Of a DNA stretch of 64,000 bases, positions 28,864 through 38,805 are shown one piece after another. Positions within the stretch are counted from its first letter, which is position 1. Each line of letters opens with the position of its first letter. The DNA comes from Actinomycetota bacterium (lineage in GTDB: Bacteria; Actinomycetota; Actinomycetes; JBDIAW01), in NCBI GenBank assembly GCA_039812585.1, contig JBDIAW010000004.1:10824-74823 (forward strand), given 5' to 3'. The position numbers and the translations under genes were made by a program. A model generated the notes under the pieces. That model did not search any database. It saw nothing but the letters and a program-made list of their open reading frames with translations, and was not told the DNA's origin.

Positions 28864-29343
28864 TTAACGAGTGGAAAAAACTGGACTTTGGTGTACATCC
28901 GATGACGGCCCAACTTGAGGACTAGATGTGTCACGGGGAGGTTGAGTTGTCAGCGGTGACCCCCCCACATGCGGTTGCTCTCTGCGAGGTAGCACGTGGG
29001 GATTTGTTCCAGAGCCTCGGGTGAGTAAAACAGCGGCATTGTCTTCAGGCCTTACCTTCGGGGCCTGCTGTTGCTTCAGGGACTTCAGGACCACCGAAGC
29101 AGCTACCGCAACAGCTCCTAAAACTTCTTGAAGTTTGGCGGGAGCATGAGCAACTTTGCCCAAAAATGTGACGATGGGGTCACGTGTGAGAGGGACTTGA
29201 TTAGCTAAATGCCATGCAAGAGGAAGCATGGCATTAACCTCTGCGGCACCTTTACTAAAAACGGTATTTGGCGCTGTGATCTCTGTCGGTGCCGATGGCC
29301 CTATCGGTAGGGCTGGAGCTACGACGTTAAGCGACCCTGCCAT
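28864..29343 (-). CDS. Orphan hypothetical protein
   Basis: 159-aa ORF overlapping the stop of the upstream gene; lower GC. Confidence 0.4.
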   Translation of the reverse strand: MAGSLNVVAPALPIGPSAPTEITAPNTVFSKGAAEVNAMLPLAWHLANQVPLTRDPIVTFLGKVAHAPAKLQEVLGAVAVAASVVLKSLKQQQAPKVRPEDNAAVLLTRGSGTNPHVLPRREQPHVGGSPLTTQPPRDTSSPQVGPSSDVHQSPVFSTR

Positions 29344-30520
29344 AGAGCACCTTCTCTCCTGCCAGGACCAGACTGTGCAGGACTCGGGCGGGGCTGTCTT
29401 CCTCGCCTGCAGCTGCGGTCATGTCGGCTAATTCTCTCAAAGTTTCTTGGTCTCCGTCGCGGATTGCCACCATTGCGGCGCGCATAGCGGTGGCGAAAGG
29501 GTACTGCCCACCAAAGCGGCGGGCAATCACCTGCATGCACTCGTCAGCGTTGCGGGCGCCGTCGGGTACTCCGTTGACGATAGCGGAGGCTGCCTGAGCC
29601 AAGTGCACCAAATAGCTGCCCGGGGTGTGCTGGGGCATGAGCGGCGGGCCGACAAGCCCCGGGTAGGGGCCATAACCAGGCCCACCCGTTACTGCGGGTG
29701 GTGGCATGGATGCAGACAGCGGCCTGGTGTCGCGGTGGCCGGGTCCGGGCGCCGGGGTGTCCGCCGGGGAGGGCAGAGGTGCGGCGTGTCGCCCTGGGGA
29801 ACCGGAGGTACCACCAGCTGCCGAGGTCCTGGCCCGCTCGGTCGTGGCTAACCCCATGGCCCCTGAACCGGCGTGCACCGTGACGCGCACCCCGGCGGAA
29901 GCAACTCCCCGTGACCCGCTGCCGGTCAGGGGTGCGCTGCTGCCTGCGGGCAACGCCTTCTGGGTCATCAGCGGCACTGCAGTCGTGGGGGCATCCCAGG
30001 GGGCGGGAGAGTCAGCGGTGCGGCACAAATGGGGGTACTTTTCCAGTTCGCGCAGCAGCAGCGGCATGGTGAAGCCGTCGCGGAACCGCACGCACCGCAC
30101 CACCAAGTCAGCAGCCGAGGCCATCCACCACTCGGCCATCGCCTCGCCCTTACCCCCGGCGCGCAAAGCGGCTTGCCGCATCGTGGTCTCGGCAAGCTCG
30201 CGCACAGCAATGGAAACCTCCCCACAGCGGACCAGATCACTGCTGGGGTCGTTGCGGTGGCTGACGTGAGTCCAGCGCTGGGCCGACATCAGCAGGGCGT
30301 GCAGGAAGTTCACCTGCAGCTCTACGGCCCCCACCGGAGGGGCGGACTGCTCCAACACCTTGGCCAAGCGGCGGCCATCGCTGACGATCAGACGGCCATC
30401 ACCATCCCAGACCGCCTCGAGAATGCGTTGGGGGAGCAGGAAGAACCAGGCCGGACCATACTCCACCGTGAGAGCCTGCTCGGTGGAGGGCAGGCCGGAG
30501 CGTCGCCGGAACAAACCCAT
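29327..30520 (-). CDS. Hypothetical protein (helical N- and C-domains, P/G/S linker)
   Basis: MGLFRRR start after GGGGAGG RBS. Confidence 0.6.
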   Translation of the reverse strand: MGLFRRRSGLPSTEQALTVEYGPAWFFLLPQRILEAVWDGDGRLIVSDGRRLAKVLEQSAPPVGAVELQVNFLHALLMSAQRWTHVSHRNDPSSDLVRCGEVSIAVRELAETTMRQAALRAGGKGEAMAEWWMASAADLVVRCVRFRDGFTMPLLLRELEKYPHLCRTADSPAPWDAPTTAVPLMTQKALPAGSSAPLTGSGSRGVASAGVRVTVHAGSGAMGLATTERARTSAAGGTSGSPGRHAAPLPSPADTPAPGPGHRDTRPLSASMPPPAVTGGPGYGPYPGLVGPPLMPQHTPGSYLVHLAQAASAIVNGVPDGARNADECMQVIARRFGGQYPFATAMRAAMVAIRDGDQETLRELADMTAAAGEEDSPARVLHSLVLAGEKVLYGRVA

Positions 30521-30745
30521 ACGCGCCACCTCCCCCAGTGCCTCGCAGTGCTCCACATGACGTCTATCTATAAAAATGGTAAAGCTTTTTCACTGTGCAG
30601 GACAAGGATCTTCGTAATTGGCTGGCTAACCTCATTGCACCCGCAACAGACTCATCGTAGACAAAGGGAGCGAAACTACCTGCTCACAATGGGACAAACC
30701 AGATGCAACCGTTTGCCCCGTGGTGGTGCCCCACAGCCAGTGCGT

Positions 30746-31855
30746 TCACTCCCCCGCAGCAACGGCGAAGGTCGAGGCCACCTGCAGGAGGCGGTCGTTT
30801 TCCTGCCCAGAGCCCACGCTGACCCGCACTCCAGCGTGGGGCCACCACGAGTCGGCGGCGAACGGTCGCACAGCCACCTGGGCCTGCAGGCAGTGCTGAG
30901 AGAAAAGCTGGCTGCTCTGCTCTAACGCCAACCAACAGTAGTTGGCCTGGGAGCCCACCACCACCTGCCGGCCCAGCAGAGCTATCAGCTCCCGATGGAG
31001 GCGTTCACGTTCCAGCACTACTTGCTGGACGCGCTGGTTCAACTCCTGCTGCACAGCGCCGGGTTGCAGACTAGCTAAAGCAGCGACCTGGGCTAGACCG
31101 CTGACCCCGAAGGGCACGCTGGCTTGGCGCACGGCGTGGGCCACCTGAGGATGGGCGATGGCATAGCCAACTCGCAAACCCGCCAGCCCATACGCCTTGG
31201 AGAACGTGCGCAGCAGCAGAAGGTTGGGATGAACGGCCAGTAACGCCTCAACAGGCAGCTGGGCTTGCGGATCGGTGATGAACTCCACATAGGCCTGGTC
31301 CAGCACCACCAGCACCTTCTCAGGCACCTGCGTCAGGAAAGTCTGTAGCTGCTGGGCGCCGATCGCGGTACCGGTGGGGTTGTTCGGGCTACACAACAGC
31401 ATCACTCGGGTGGCCGGGGTGCAGGCGGCCAGCAGAGCCGGCAGATCATGATGCCAGTCAGGGCGAAGCGGAACAGGAACCGCCCGGGCCGCAGCCACCG
31501 CCACCGCGATGGGGTACGCCTCGAAGGAACGCCACGGGAAGACCACCTCATCTCCTGGGCCGGAAAAGGCCTGCAGCGCCGCATAGAGCACCCCGGAAGA
31601 GCCCGTGCCCACCACCACCTGGTCGGGCTGCACCTGGTGGTGGGCGGCCAACGCCTGGGTCAGCTCAATGGCTGCCAGGTCGGGGTAACGGTTGACCTGC
31701 TTCGCTGCCTGCGCCACAGCCAGCTCGACGCTAGGCAAGGCAGGGTAAGGGTTCTCGTTGGAGGACAGCTTCACGGCCTGCTCCCCCACCAACCGCTTAC
31801 CCGGCACATAGGCCGGCACCCGGGCCAACCCCTCAACCGGGCGCGGAATGCTCAT
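30746..31855 (-). CDS. HisC/Pat-family PLP aminotransferase
   Basis: KLSSNENPY, NRYPD, PNNPTG, LDQAY.EF, RTFSKAYGLAGLRVGY. Confidence 0.93.
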   Translation of the reverse strand: MSIPRPVEGLARVPAYVPGKRLVGEQAVKLSSNENPYPALPSVELAVAQAAKQVNRYPDLAAIELTQALAAHHQVQPDQVVVGTGSSGVLYAALQAFSGPGDEVVFPWRSFEAYPIAVAVAAARAVPVPLRPDWHHDLPALLAACTPATRVMLLCSPNNPTGTAIGAQQLQTFLTQVPEKVLVVLDQAYVEFITDPQAQLPVEALLAVHPNLLLLRTFSKAYGLAGLRVGYAIAHPQVAHAVRQASVPFGVSGLAQVAALASLQPGAVQQELNQRVQQVVLERERLHRELIALLGRQVVVGSQANYCWLALEQSSQLFSQHCLQAQVAVRPFAADSWWPHAGVRVSVGSGQENDRLLQVASTFAVAAGE

Positions 31856-31890
31856 GCCCCCAGCGTAACCATCTCCCGGGGTGGCCAGCA

Positions 31891-32940
31891 TTACCCCACT
31901 GGGAGCAGGAAGGAGACCTGAAACATCTGTTGCCCGGAGGCGGTGAGAACCACTCCTGAGCTAGCGGGGCGTTGATCGTCGGGTAGGGAGGCCACATACT
32001 GCTGCAACTGTCCTGCCTGCTGGTCGAAGACAGGCGAGCCGGCGCTGTGCCCGTCGAAAGCGTCCACCACCATCACCCGCCGAGGCGCAGCAGGGTCGTC
32101 TTGGGCGGTGGCTAAGGGAAAGCCAGCCACCGACACCCCCACCGGCTGACCGGGACGCTGCGGCACCACCGAGGCGGTGGAGGCGCAGAATCCGCGCAAC
32201 AACGTCACCAAGCGCGGGTCAATCCCCTCCTGGTCGAGCACCTGGCTAGCAACGGGCTGCACCTGCACCCCCGCGATGCCGCGCAGCGCAGCGGCGGCAG
32301 CCCGCAGGTCAGGCAGCGCCCGGCGTTGGCGCACCTGAATGAGCGGGTCGGCAGCTTCGCCGCCGGAGGAACTGTCACCGAAACTGGCCAGCAACGGCAG
32401 CTTCTCCAGCGCCGCAGGGTCTACCTGGGCACGCAGTTGCTCAGTGCTGACCACCACGTCCACCGGCCAGGTGGCAGGATCAGCACCCAAACTGGGCTGG
32501 TAGGGCACCGCCAAGTTGGCCGGTTTGGACTGTGCACACAGAGCGGCGTGGAATTGGCTGGCTGCCACCACCGCCGAGCGGGGCGCTAGGTTCACCCGCA
32601 GCCACGCCAACGCCTGCAGCTGGCCAGGCGTCGCCGGGCCCACCACCACTCCGCACTGCACGGAGGTGGTCTGCTCCAATCCTGCACCGCTGACCGGAGG
32701 GGCCACGGGAGAGCCGGAGTTCTCCGGAGGGGTCGTGGCGGTACTGGCGGAGCTAGCTGGGTCGGGCAGGAGGAGTTGCACGTGCTCGGCGGCCTGGTGG
32801 GCTGCTTCGCGCAGGCGTTGCTCCCCGTGGGGCAGCGCTACGGCTAGCAACACCAGAGGAGGCAGTACCACCGCCAGCAGGAGCCCCACCAGCGCAATCC
32901 GGCCACGGCGGCGCGCAGCTGGGGCATCAGTGGCGGGCAT
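31891..32940 (-). CDS. Membrane-anchored extracytoplasmic protein
   Basis: N-terminal TM, S/T/P linker, GIDPRLVTLL motif; start chosen at MPATDAP. Confidence 0.55.
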   Translation of the reverse strand: MPATDAPAARRRGRIALVGLLLAVVLPPLVLLAVALPHGEQRLREAAHQAAEHVQLLLPDPASSASTATTPPENSGSPVAPPVSGAGLEQTTSVQCGVVVGPATPGQLQALAWLRVNLAPRSAVVAASQFHAALCAQSKPANLAVPYQPSLGADPATWPVDVVVSTEQLRAQVDPAALEKLPLLASFGDSSSGGEAADPLIQVRQRRALPDLRAAAAALRGIAGVQVQPVASQVLDQEGIDPRLVTLLRGFCASTASVVPQRPGQPVGVSVAGFPLATAQDDPAAPRRVMVVDAFDGHSAGSPVFDQQAGQLQQYVASLPDDQRPASSGVVLTASGQQMFQVSFLLPVG

Positions 32941-33093
32941 GGTGGCTCTTTTCTGGGCAGGCGCACGCGAGGAGGTAGCCGCTCCTATGATCTCCCCCGC
33001 AGGATCGGGGCGCACGCAGCACCTTCGGCCACACCCGGCTGCCCCTGACAATTCCCCCGTTTGGGCGAATCGCACCGGATAGGCTCGGGTGGC

Positions 33094-34440
33094 ATGACAG
33101 CGCAACCCGCCACTCAAGCCTGGCAGGGACCCGTCCGCCTGAGCGTGGGGCTGCTGGTGGTGTTGACCGTGGTAGCGGGAGCGACGCGCAGCGGGCTGAG
33201 TTGGGATGGCAGCTACATCCTGTTCACCACCCTGCACGACCAGCAGCCCTTCATCACCCACGCGCGCCTGGGCTCCGTTCTGCTGTTGGAGCCTTTAGTG
33301 GCTTTGTCGTGGATCACCGACAATCTTGTGGTGCTCTCGGTGGTGTTTAGCCTGCTCATGGCCGCTGTGTTGCCGCTGAGTCTGTGGTGGTGCTGGCGGA
33401 TGGTGCGCCACCGCCAACCTGACTTCATCCTGTGGCCCGCCGTGGGGATCTGCCTGCTGCAACTGCCTGGGCAGTTCTTTTTCGCCTCCGAAGCACTCAT
33501 TGCCACCACCTTGATGTGGGTAGCGATCAGCTGGATCGCGGTGGGCTGCCCCCGGCGGGGGGCACGCTCGGGAGTGAGCGTGGCGGTCGTGGTGGCCCTG
33601 CTGCATCCCCTGGGCGGGGTGCTGCTGCTCGCGGCTGGGCTTGGTCTGGCGGTACAAGGGTGGCGGGCGACCGGCACCCTGCGGCGCAACCGGTGGTTGG
33701 GGGCGGCGGCATTCACACTCGTGGCCGCCCTACGCCTGGTCGCCATTGAGTCCAACGGCTACGAAAGCCACTCCAGCCAGCCGCAGATCCTCCGACTGAT
33801 GGCCCGCAGCAGTGTGCTGGGCCTGCCACTGGTGCTGGTCATCAGCGCCGGGCTGCTGGCAGTGACCCTGGCTTTGCTGCCCCGGCTCAACGCGCAGCGA
33901 GCCCCAACCCGTGGGGTGCGCCTCAGCCTGATCGCAGGGCTAGCAATGACCCTTCTAGCGTGTGCAGCAGCAGGCCTGGCCTGGGCGGCCCAACCGGGGC
34001 AGTGGACGCAGGCGTTGGACTACCGCAGCATCGGGCCGCTGCTGGCGGGGGTGCTCATGACCGGTGCGCTGCTGACTTCGCGCCGCCCCCTCCCCCCCGA
34101 CACCCGGGGCGTGCTGCGGGTGCTCCCCGCCGCGTTAGCCCTGATCAGCCTGCTGGTGATCTCCACGCAGGGGCTGTGGTGGTCCCGGCAGCTGCAGCGC
34201 ATCGACACGCAGGTCAGCCTCCAAACCCAGGTGTGCGACACCTGGCCAGCAGCCCCGCGTAACGCCCTGACGCATTGGTCGATCGCCCCTTTGAGTCTGC
34301 TGCTGCAGTCGCGCCAACCGCAGCACGTGTTGGTGTATCAACCGGAGATCACCTGCCAGCAATTACGTGGTGAGCACCTGCAGGTCGCCCCCTACCGCCT
34401 GACGCAGCGGCCCGGCTGGTTCAGCCTGCCGCAACCGTAG
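33094..34440 (+). CDS. Polytopic membrane protein, possible GT-C glycosyltransferase
   Basis: About 11 TM segments; WDGSY in the first loop; short extracellular C-terminus. Confidence 0.55.
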   Translation: MTAQPATQAWQGPVRLSVGLLVVLTVVAGATRSGLSWDGSYILFTTLHDQQPFITHARLGSVLLLEPLVALSWITDNLVVLSVVFSLLMAAVLPLSLWWCWRMVRHRQPDFILWPAVGICLLQLPGQFFFASEALIATTLMWVAISWIAVGCPRRGARSGVSVAVVVALLHPLGGVLLLAAGLGLAVQGWRATGTLRRNRWLGAAAFTLVAALRLVAIESNGYESHSSQPQILRLMARSSVLGLPLVLVISAGLLAVTLALLPRLNAQRAPTRGVRLSLIAGLAMTLLACAAAGLAWAAQPGQWTQALDYRSIGPLLAGVLMTGALLTSRRPLPPDTRGVLRVLPAALALISLLVISTQGLWWSRQLQRIDTQVSLQTQVCDTWPAAPRNALTHWSIAPLSLLLQSRQPQHVLVYQPEITCQQLRGEHLQVAPYRLTQRPGWFSLPQP

Positions 34441-34550
34441 AAGCCCTCGGCCTGCCCACCTGGTCCTGCAGGCAGGAACGTTGACCCTGCCTGCATGACC
34501 GTTTGGGCGGATAGCCTGATCCTCTCGCGCACCGCCTGGAAGGATGGCCC

Positions 34551-35633
34551 ATGCCTGCACACTCCCCCTTGATCCGCACCGCGTTGGCCAGCGCTGCCGC
34601 AGTAGCCGGCACGGCCTGGGCCCTGCGGCAACGGCGCACTCGAATCAGCCTGCAGGGGTGCAGGGTGTGGGTGGTCGGAGCCTCCAGCGGCATTGGAGCG
34701 GCCCTGGCCAAGGAGCTGGTGAACCGGGGGGCCTGCGTGGCCATCAGCGCCCGACGCGAGCGCCTGCTGCGGGAGGTCGCTGGCGAAGCGATGCTGGTGG
34801 TGCCGTTGGATATCACCGACGATGCCGCCACCGACGCGGCGGCCGCGCGGGTGCGCCAGCACTTGGGAGGGCTGGACCTGGTCATCCACAGCGCCGGCCT
34901 CTCCCAGCCGATGGACGTGGAGCACTGGGATCGCTCCCTGTTCGATGCCTGTCTAGCCCTCAACCTTGGGGGACTGAACAGCCTGCTGGGGGCAGTGCTG
35001 CCGATCCTGCTGGAGCAAAAGCATGGGCGCCTGGTGGGCATTGCCTCACTGGCCGGGTGGCGGGGCTTCCCCGGCGCCCAGGCCTACACCGCCAGCAAGG
35101 CTGCCCAAATCAACCTGTTGGAGGGATTGCGTGCGGCTCTGCTGCCCCACGGGGTGGCAGTCACCACCATCTGCCCCGGGTTTGTGCGCTCGGAGATGAC
35201 CCAGCGCAACGACTTCCCCATGCCGCTGTTGCTGGAGGCCGACCGGGCAGCAGCGTTGATCTGCGACGGTCTGCAACGCCAACAGGCGCAGATCGTGTTC
35301 CCCGCCACCGCAGGGCTGGCGATGCGGGCTGCTCAGATGGTGCCCACCGGGGTGTGGTCGTGGGCGCTAGCAGCGCTGGGTTTGCAAGCCCAGGCGCATC
35401 GCAAAGCCGACGTGGATGGCCCCCCGAACGTGGATTCTGCTGCCACCGCCACCGTGTCGCGCCTGCCGACCCAGTCGGGGGGTTCAGGTCCCGGCCTGTC
35501 TGCCTTCAACCTGCGCTCCAACTCTGCCTGCACCTACGCCACGGTGACCGCCCTGCCCTTGGGCGAGCGGGCTGCTGCTCTGGCCGATTACGTTCCCTTG
35601 CCGCTGGATTACGCTGCTCGCCCTCCCTCCTAA
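34551..35633 (+). CDS. Short-chain dehydrogenase/reductase
   Basis: VVGASSGIG, SAG, YTASK, ICPGFV.SEMT. Confidence 0.9.
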   Translation: MPAHSPLIRTALASAAAVAGTAWALRQRRTRISLQGCRVWVVGASSGIGAALAKELVNRGACVAISARRERLLREVAGEAMLVVPLDITDDAATDAAAARVRQHLGGLDLVIHSAGLSQPMDVEHWDRSLFDACLALNLGGLNSLLGAVLPILLEQKHGRLVGIASLAGWRGFPGAQAYTASKAAQINLLEGLRAALLPHGVAVTTICPGFVRSEMTQRNDFPMPLLLEADRAAALICDGLQRQQAQIVFPATAGLAMRAAQMVPTGVWSWALAALGLQAQAHRKADVDGPPNVDSAATATVSRLPTQSGGSGPGLSAFNLRSNSACTYATVTALPLGERAAALADYVPLPLDYAARPPS

Positions 35634-35656
35634 CCGTGGGGATTAGCGTGGCTGGG

Positions 35657-37036
35657 GTGACGACCAGCCTGCTCTGGGTACGCCGAGACCTCCGCCTGCA
35701 TGACCACCCTGCCCTGTGCGCAGCCGCCCAGGAGGGTGCGGTGCTGCCCGTGTTCGTGCTGGAACCCACCCTGCTGCAGGAGTCTCCGGTGCGCACTCAC
35801 GCCCTGCTGAGCGCCCTGCATCACCTGCAGGAGCTCTACGACGGGGCGTTGGTGTTCCTGCAAGGCCCTGCACAGCAGGCCATCCCGCAGCTGGCCGCCC
35901 AGGTCAAAGCCTGCAGCGTGCACATCAGCGCGGAGCCCCAGCCCTGGGGCTACCAGCGCGATCGGGAGGTGGAGCAGGGGTTGTCCCTGCTGCCCACACC
36001 GGTACCGCTGGTGCGCACCGGCTCCCCCTACGCGGTCACGCCGGGCAGGGTGCGCACCGGCGGGGGGAGGGGCTACCGGGTGTTCACCCCGTTCAGCAAA
36101 GCCTGGCGCGATCACGGTTGGCCTCGCCCGGCACAGGCACCGACGGGTCTGCGGTGGCATCGCGGTGTGGAAAGCCTCCCCCTGCCCCCACTTCCCGACC
36201 TACCCGTCTCGTACGTGCAGCCAGTCGACTCCGGGCAGCAGAGGGCGCTGCTGCAGTGGCACCACTTCCTCCACGAGGGCCTGCCCGACTACGAGCAACC
36301 CCGTGGCCGCCTCGATCAACCTGGTACCACCGGGCTGTCAGTGCACCTGAAGTTTGGCAGCATCCACCCCCGCACTCTGCTGGCCGACCTGGGTCCTCTG
36401 CTGGAGCGCACCCCCGGCGCCGGGCGGCTGCTCACTCAGCTGTGCTGGCGGGAGTTCTACGCCGATGTGCTCTGGCATCACCCTGACTCCGCCTGGAGCG
36501 ACCTGAGCCCTGCGCTGGCGGGGATGCGCTACGCCGATCCTGACACCGATCCTGATGTGGCTGCCGGGGTGCAGGCGTGGGAGCAGGGGCGCACCGGGTT
36601 CCCCGTCGTGGATGCAGGCATGCGCCAGATGGTGGCCACCGGCTGGATGCACAACCGCGCCCGCATGATCACAGCGAGTTTTCTCACGAAGGATCTGCGG
36701 GTGTGGTGGCCGCACGGGGCACGGGTTTTCCTGCGCCATCTGCACGATGGTGACCTGGCCAACAACAACCACGGGTGGCAGTGGGTGGCCGGCACTGGCA
36801 CCGATGCCGCACCGTATTTTCGGGTGTTCAACCCGGTCACGCAGGGGCAGCGCTACGACCCTGATGGGGCATACGTCCGTCGCTGGGTGCCTGAACTGGC
36901 CCATCTGGGCGGCGCGGCGGCCCATGAGCCCTGGAAGCATCCACAGGGATACCAGCATGGTTACCCTCCACGCATCCTTGACCATGCCCAAGCCCGACAG
37001 GAGGCTCTGGCTGCCTACCAGGCAGCGCGCACTTAA
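35657..37036 (+). CDS. phr: Class I CPD photolyase
   Basis: LWVRRDLRLHD, LSVHLKFG, WREFY, GRTGFPVVDAGMRQ, WMHNRARM, NNHGWQW. Confidence 0.95.
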   Translation: MTTSLLWVRRDLRLHDHPALCAAAQEGAVLPVFVLEPTLLQESPVRTHALLSALHHLQELYDGALVFLQGPAQQAIPQLAAQVKACSVHISAEPQPWGYQRDREVEQGLSLLPTPVPLVRTGSPYAVTPGRVRTGGGRGYRVFTPFSKAWRDHGWPRPAQAPTGLRWHRGVESLPLPPLPDLPVSYVQPVDSGQQRALLQWHHFLHEGLPDYEQPRGRLDQPGTTGLSVHLKFGSIHPRTLLADLGPLLERTPGAGRLLTQLCWREFYADVLWHHPDSAWSDLSPALAGMRYADPDTDPDVAAGVQAWEQGRTGFPVVDAGMRQMVATGWMHNRARMITASFLTKDLRVWWPHGARVFLRHLHDGDLANNNHGWQWVAGTGTDAAPYFRVFNPVTQGQRYDPDGAYVRRWVPELAHLGGAAAHEPWKHPQGYQHGYPPRILDHAQARQEALAAYQAART

Positions 37037-37079
37037 CCCACCTGCAGCGGAGATCAGATCGAGGTGGCAGGATGAGGCA

Positions 37080-37937
37080 ATGGTGAAGTTGGCCGCCCCG
37101 CCCTTGCCCACCCTGTCCCTGCACCCTCCCCATGCGGGAGTCATCCCCATGCTGGGGTTGAGCACCTGGCCGCTGACTGGGCAGGCCGCCTACGACGTGG
37201 TGTGCACCGCGCTGGAGCTGGGCTACCGCCACCTTGACACCGCAGGCCGCTACGGCAATGAGGTTGAGGTGGGAGCAGCCCTGGCTGACAGCGGACTGCG
37301 TCGCGAGGAGGTCTTCCTCACCACCAAACTGGCAGCTCCGATGGCCCCACCGCCTGGCCAGGCGATCGTGCTGCCTCCCGACGGTCCCGAGGACCCTCCG
37401 CTGGAGGTGTTGCACCGCAGTCTGACCAGTCTGGGCGTGCAGTGGCTGGACCTGTGGTTGCTGCAGGCCTGCACCGACTCCCCCGCGCAACTGGCTACCT
37501 GGGAGCAGATGATCCAGGCGCAGCAGGAGGGACTGGTGCGCGCGATCGGGGTCAGCAACGCCACTGCTGAGCAGATTGACTACCTAGCTGAAACCACCGG
37601 CATCCCCCCAGCGGTGCATCAACTGCCGTGGAGCCCCTACCGCTACCAGGCAGCGGCGTTGGAGCACGCCCGGCAGCACAAGATCGTGCTGCAGGGCTAC
37701 AGCCCCTTCAGTCACGGTGACCTGCAGGATGAGCAGATCGGCCTCATGGCGACCCGCCACGGCGTCAGCCCCGCCCAGGTGGTGCTGCGGTGGCATCTGG
37801 ATCAAGGGGTGGTGGCCCTGCCCCGAAGCATCCACCACGATCACCTGGTGGCCAACCTCGACGTCACCGCCTTCACTCTGAGCCCTACGGAGGTCGCCAC
37901 CCTCAACGCGCTGAGCCAGATGTCACTGCCCAGCTAA
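37080..37937 (+). CDS. Aldo/keto reductase
   Basis: GYRHLDTAGRYGNE, FLTTKL, IGVSN, LRWHL..G..ALPRS. Confidence 0.92.
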   Translation: MVKLAAPPLPTLSLHPPHAGVIPMLGLSTWPLTGQAAYDVVCTALELGYRHLDTAGRYGNEVEVGAALADSGLRREEVFLTTKLAAPMAPPPGQAIVLPPDGPEDPPLEVLHRSLTSLGVQWLDLWLLQACTDSPAQLATWEQMIQAQQEGLVRAIGVSNATAEQIDYLAETTGIPPAVHQLPWSPYRYQAAALEHARQHKIVLQGYSPFSHGDLQDEQIGLMATRHGVSPAQVVLRWHLDQGVVALPRSIHHDHLVANLDVTAFTLSPTEVATLNALSQMSLPS

Positions 37938-38795
37938 CGCCTGGGAGCCCTCAGAGGTCAAAGCCGCGCACTGGTCGCTGGCCGGAGCCTGGGTCAGGCC
38001 AGCTCCGAGCAGTTCGCGGCGCATCAAGCCCACGACCAGCGGGTGGGTGGGGAGCTGGTGGTGAGCAATCTGCACCCCCGGGCACACCTCCTGCAGGCGC
38101 AGGTTCAGCGGGGCAGTGCTTGCCCCTTGCTGCGGCCACAGCGAGCTCTGCCAGGGATACACCACTTGGTCATCCACGGTGATCAGGCTGAGTTTGCGCT
38201 GCTGGCTCAACTGAGCGGTGGCGTTGAGGGTGCTCAGAAATTGGCTGGCAGGGTCCATTTGGCGACACGCCAGCTGGCACTGCTCCGGGCCGAAAATCAG
38301 GGCGGTGCTAGACAGTTTGGTTCCGTGGTGAGGGGTGCCCAGCGTGACCACCCGCCGCACCAGGCCAACGTGGTCGGGGTGGGAGCGGGCCCACTCGCGC
38401 AGCACCAACCCTCCAGCGCTAAACCCCACCAGGTCCACGGAGGCTGCCCCCTGGCCCACCACGCGCATGATCGTCTCATCCAGCAGCTTCGCCGAATCTG
38501 CCAGGTCACCGAGGTTGCGCCCCGCCGGCTCCACGACCTGCGCCCGGCGCTGCGGGGAGCTCAGGGCCGCAGCGGTGGGACGCAACCCTGCCACATCTCC
38601 ACCCCATCCCGGCAGCAGCAGGATCACCCCGCCCGGCAACTCCTGCCGACCAGCAACCGAAGCTGCCGATGAGTCTGTAGGAGCCACAACTGGAGGGTGC
38701 TCGCAGCTACGGCTGAACCACGCCACGACCCCCGCGACCACCAGCAACGCCGCTAAGGGCACCACAGCCGCCCACAACCGTCGACTCATCGCCAT
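37923..38795 (-). CDS. Secreted alpha/beta-hydrolase (lipase/esterase)
   Basis: N-terminal TM/signal; nucleophile elbow VGFSAGG; LGTPHHGT. Confidence 0.88.
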   Translation of the reverse strand: MAMSRRLWAAVVPLAALLVVAGVVAWFSRSCEHPPVVAPTDSSAASVAGRQELPGGVILLLPGWGGDVAGLRPTAAALSSPQRRAQVVEPAGRNLGDLADSAKLLDETIMRVVGQGAASVDLVGFSAGGLVLREWARSHPDHVGLVRRVVTLGTPHHGTKLSSTALIFGPEQCQLACRQMDPASQFLSTLNATAQLSQQRKLSLITVDDQVVYPWQSSLWPQQGASTAPLNLRLQEVCPGVQIAHHQLPTHPLVVGLMRRELLGAGLTQAPASDQCAALTSEGSQALAGQ

Positions 38796-38805
38796 GCTCG
38801 CCAGG

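Noticed and set aside
34544-37036. 830-aa ORF suggesting an SDR-photolyase fusion
   Set aside because: The first 370 codons are an off-frame reading of the SDR gene with no protein-like features; photolyase homology starts at about 35657
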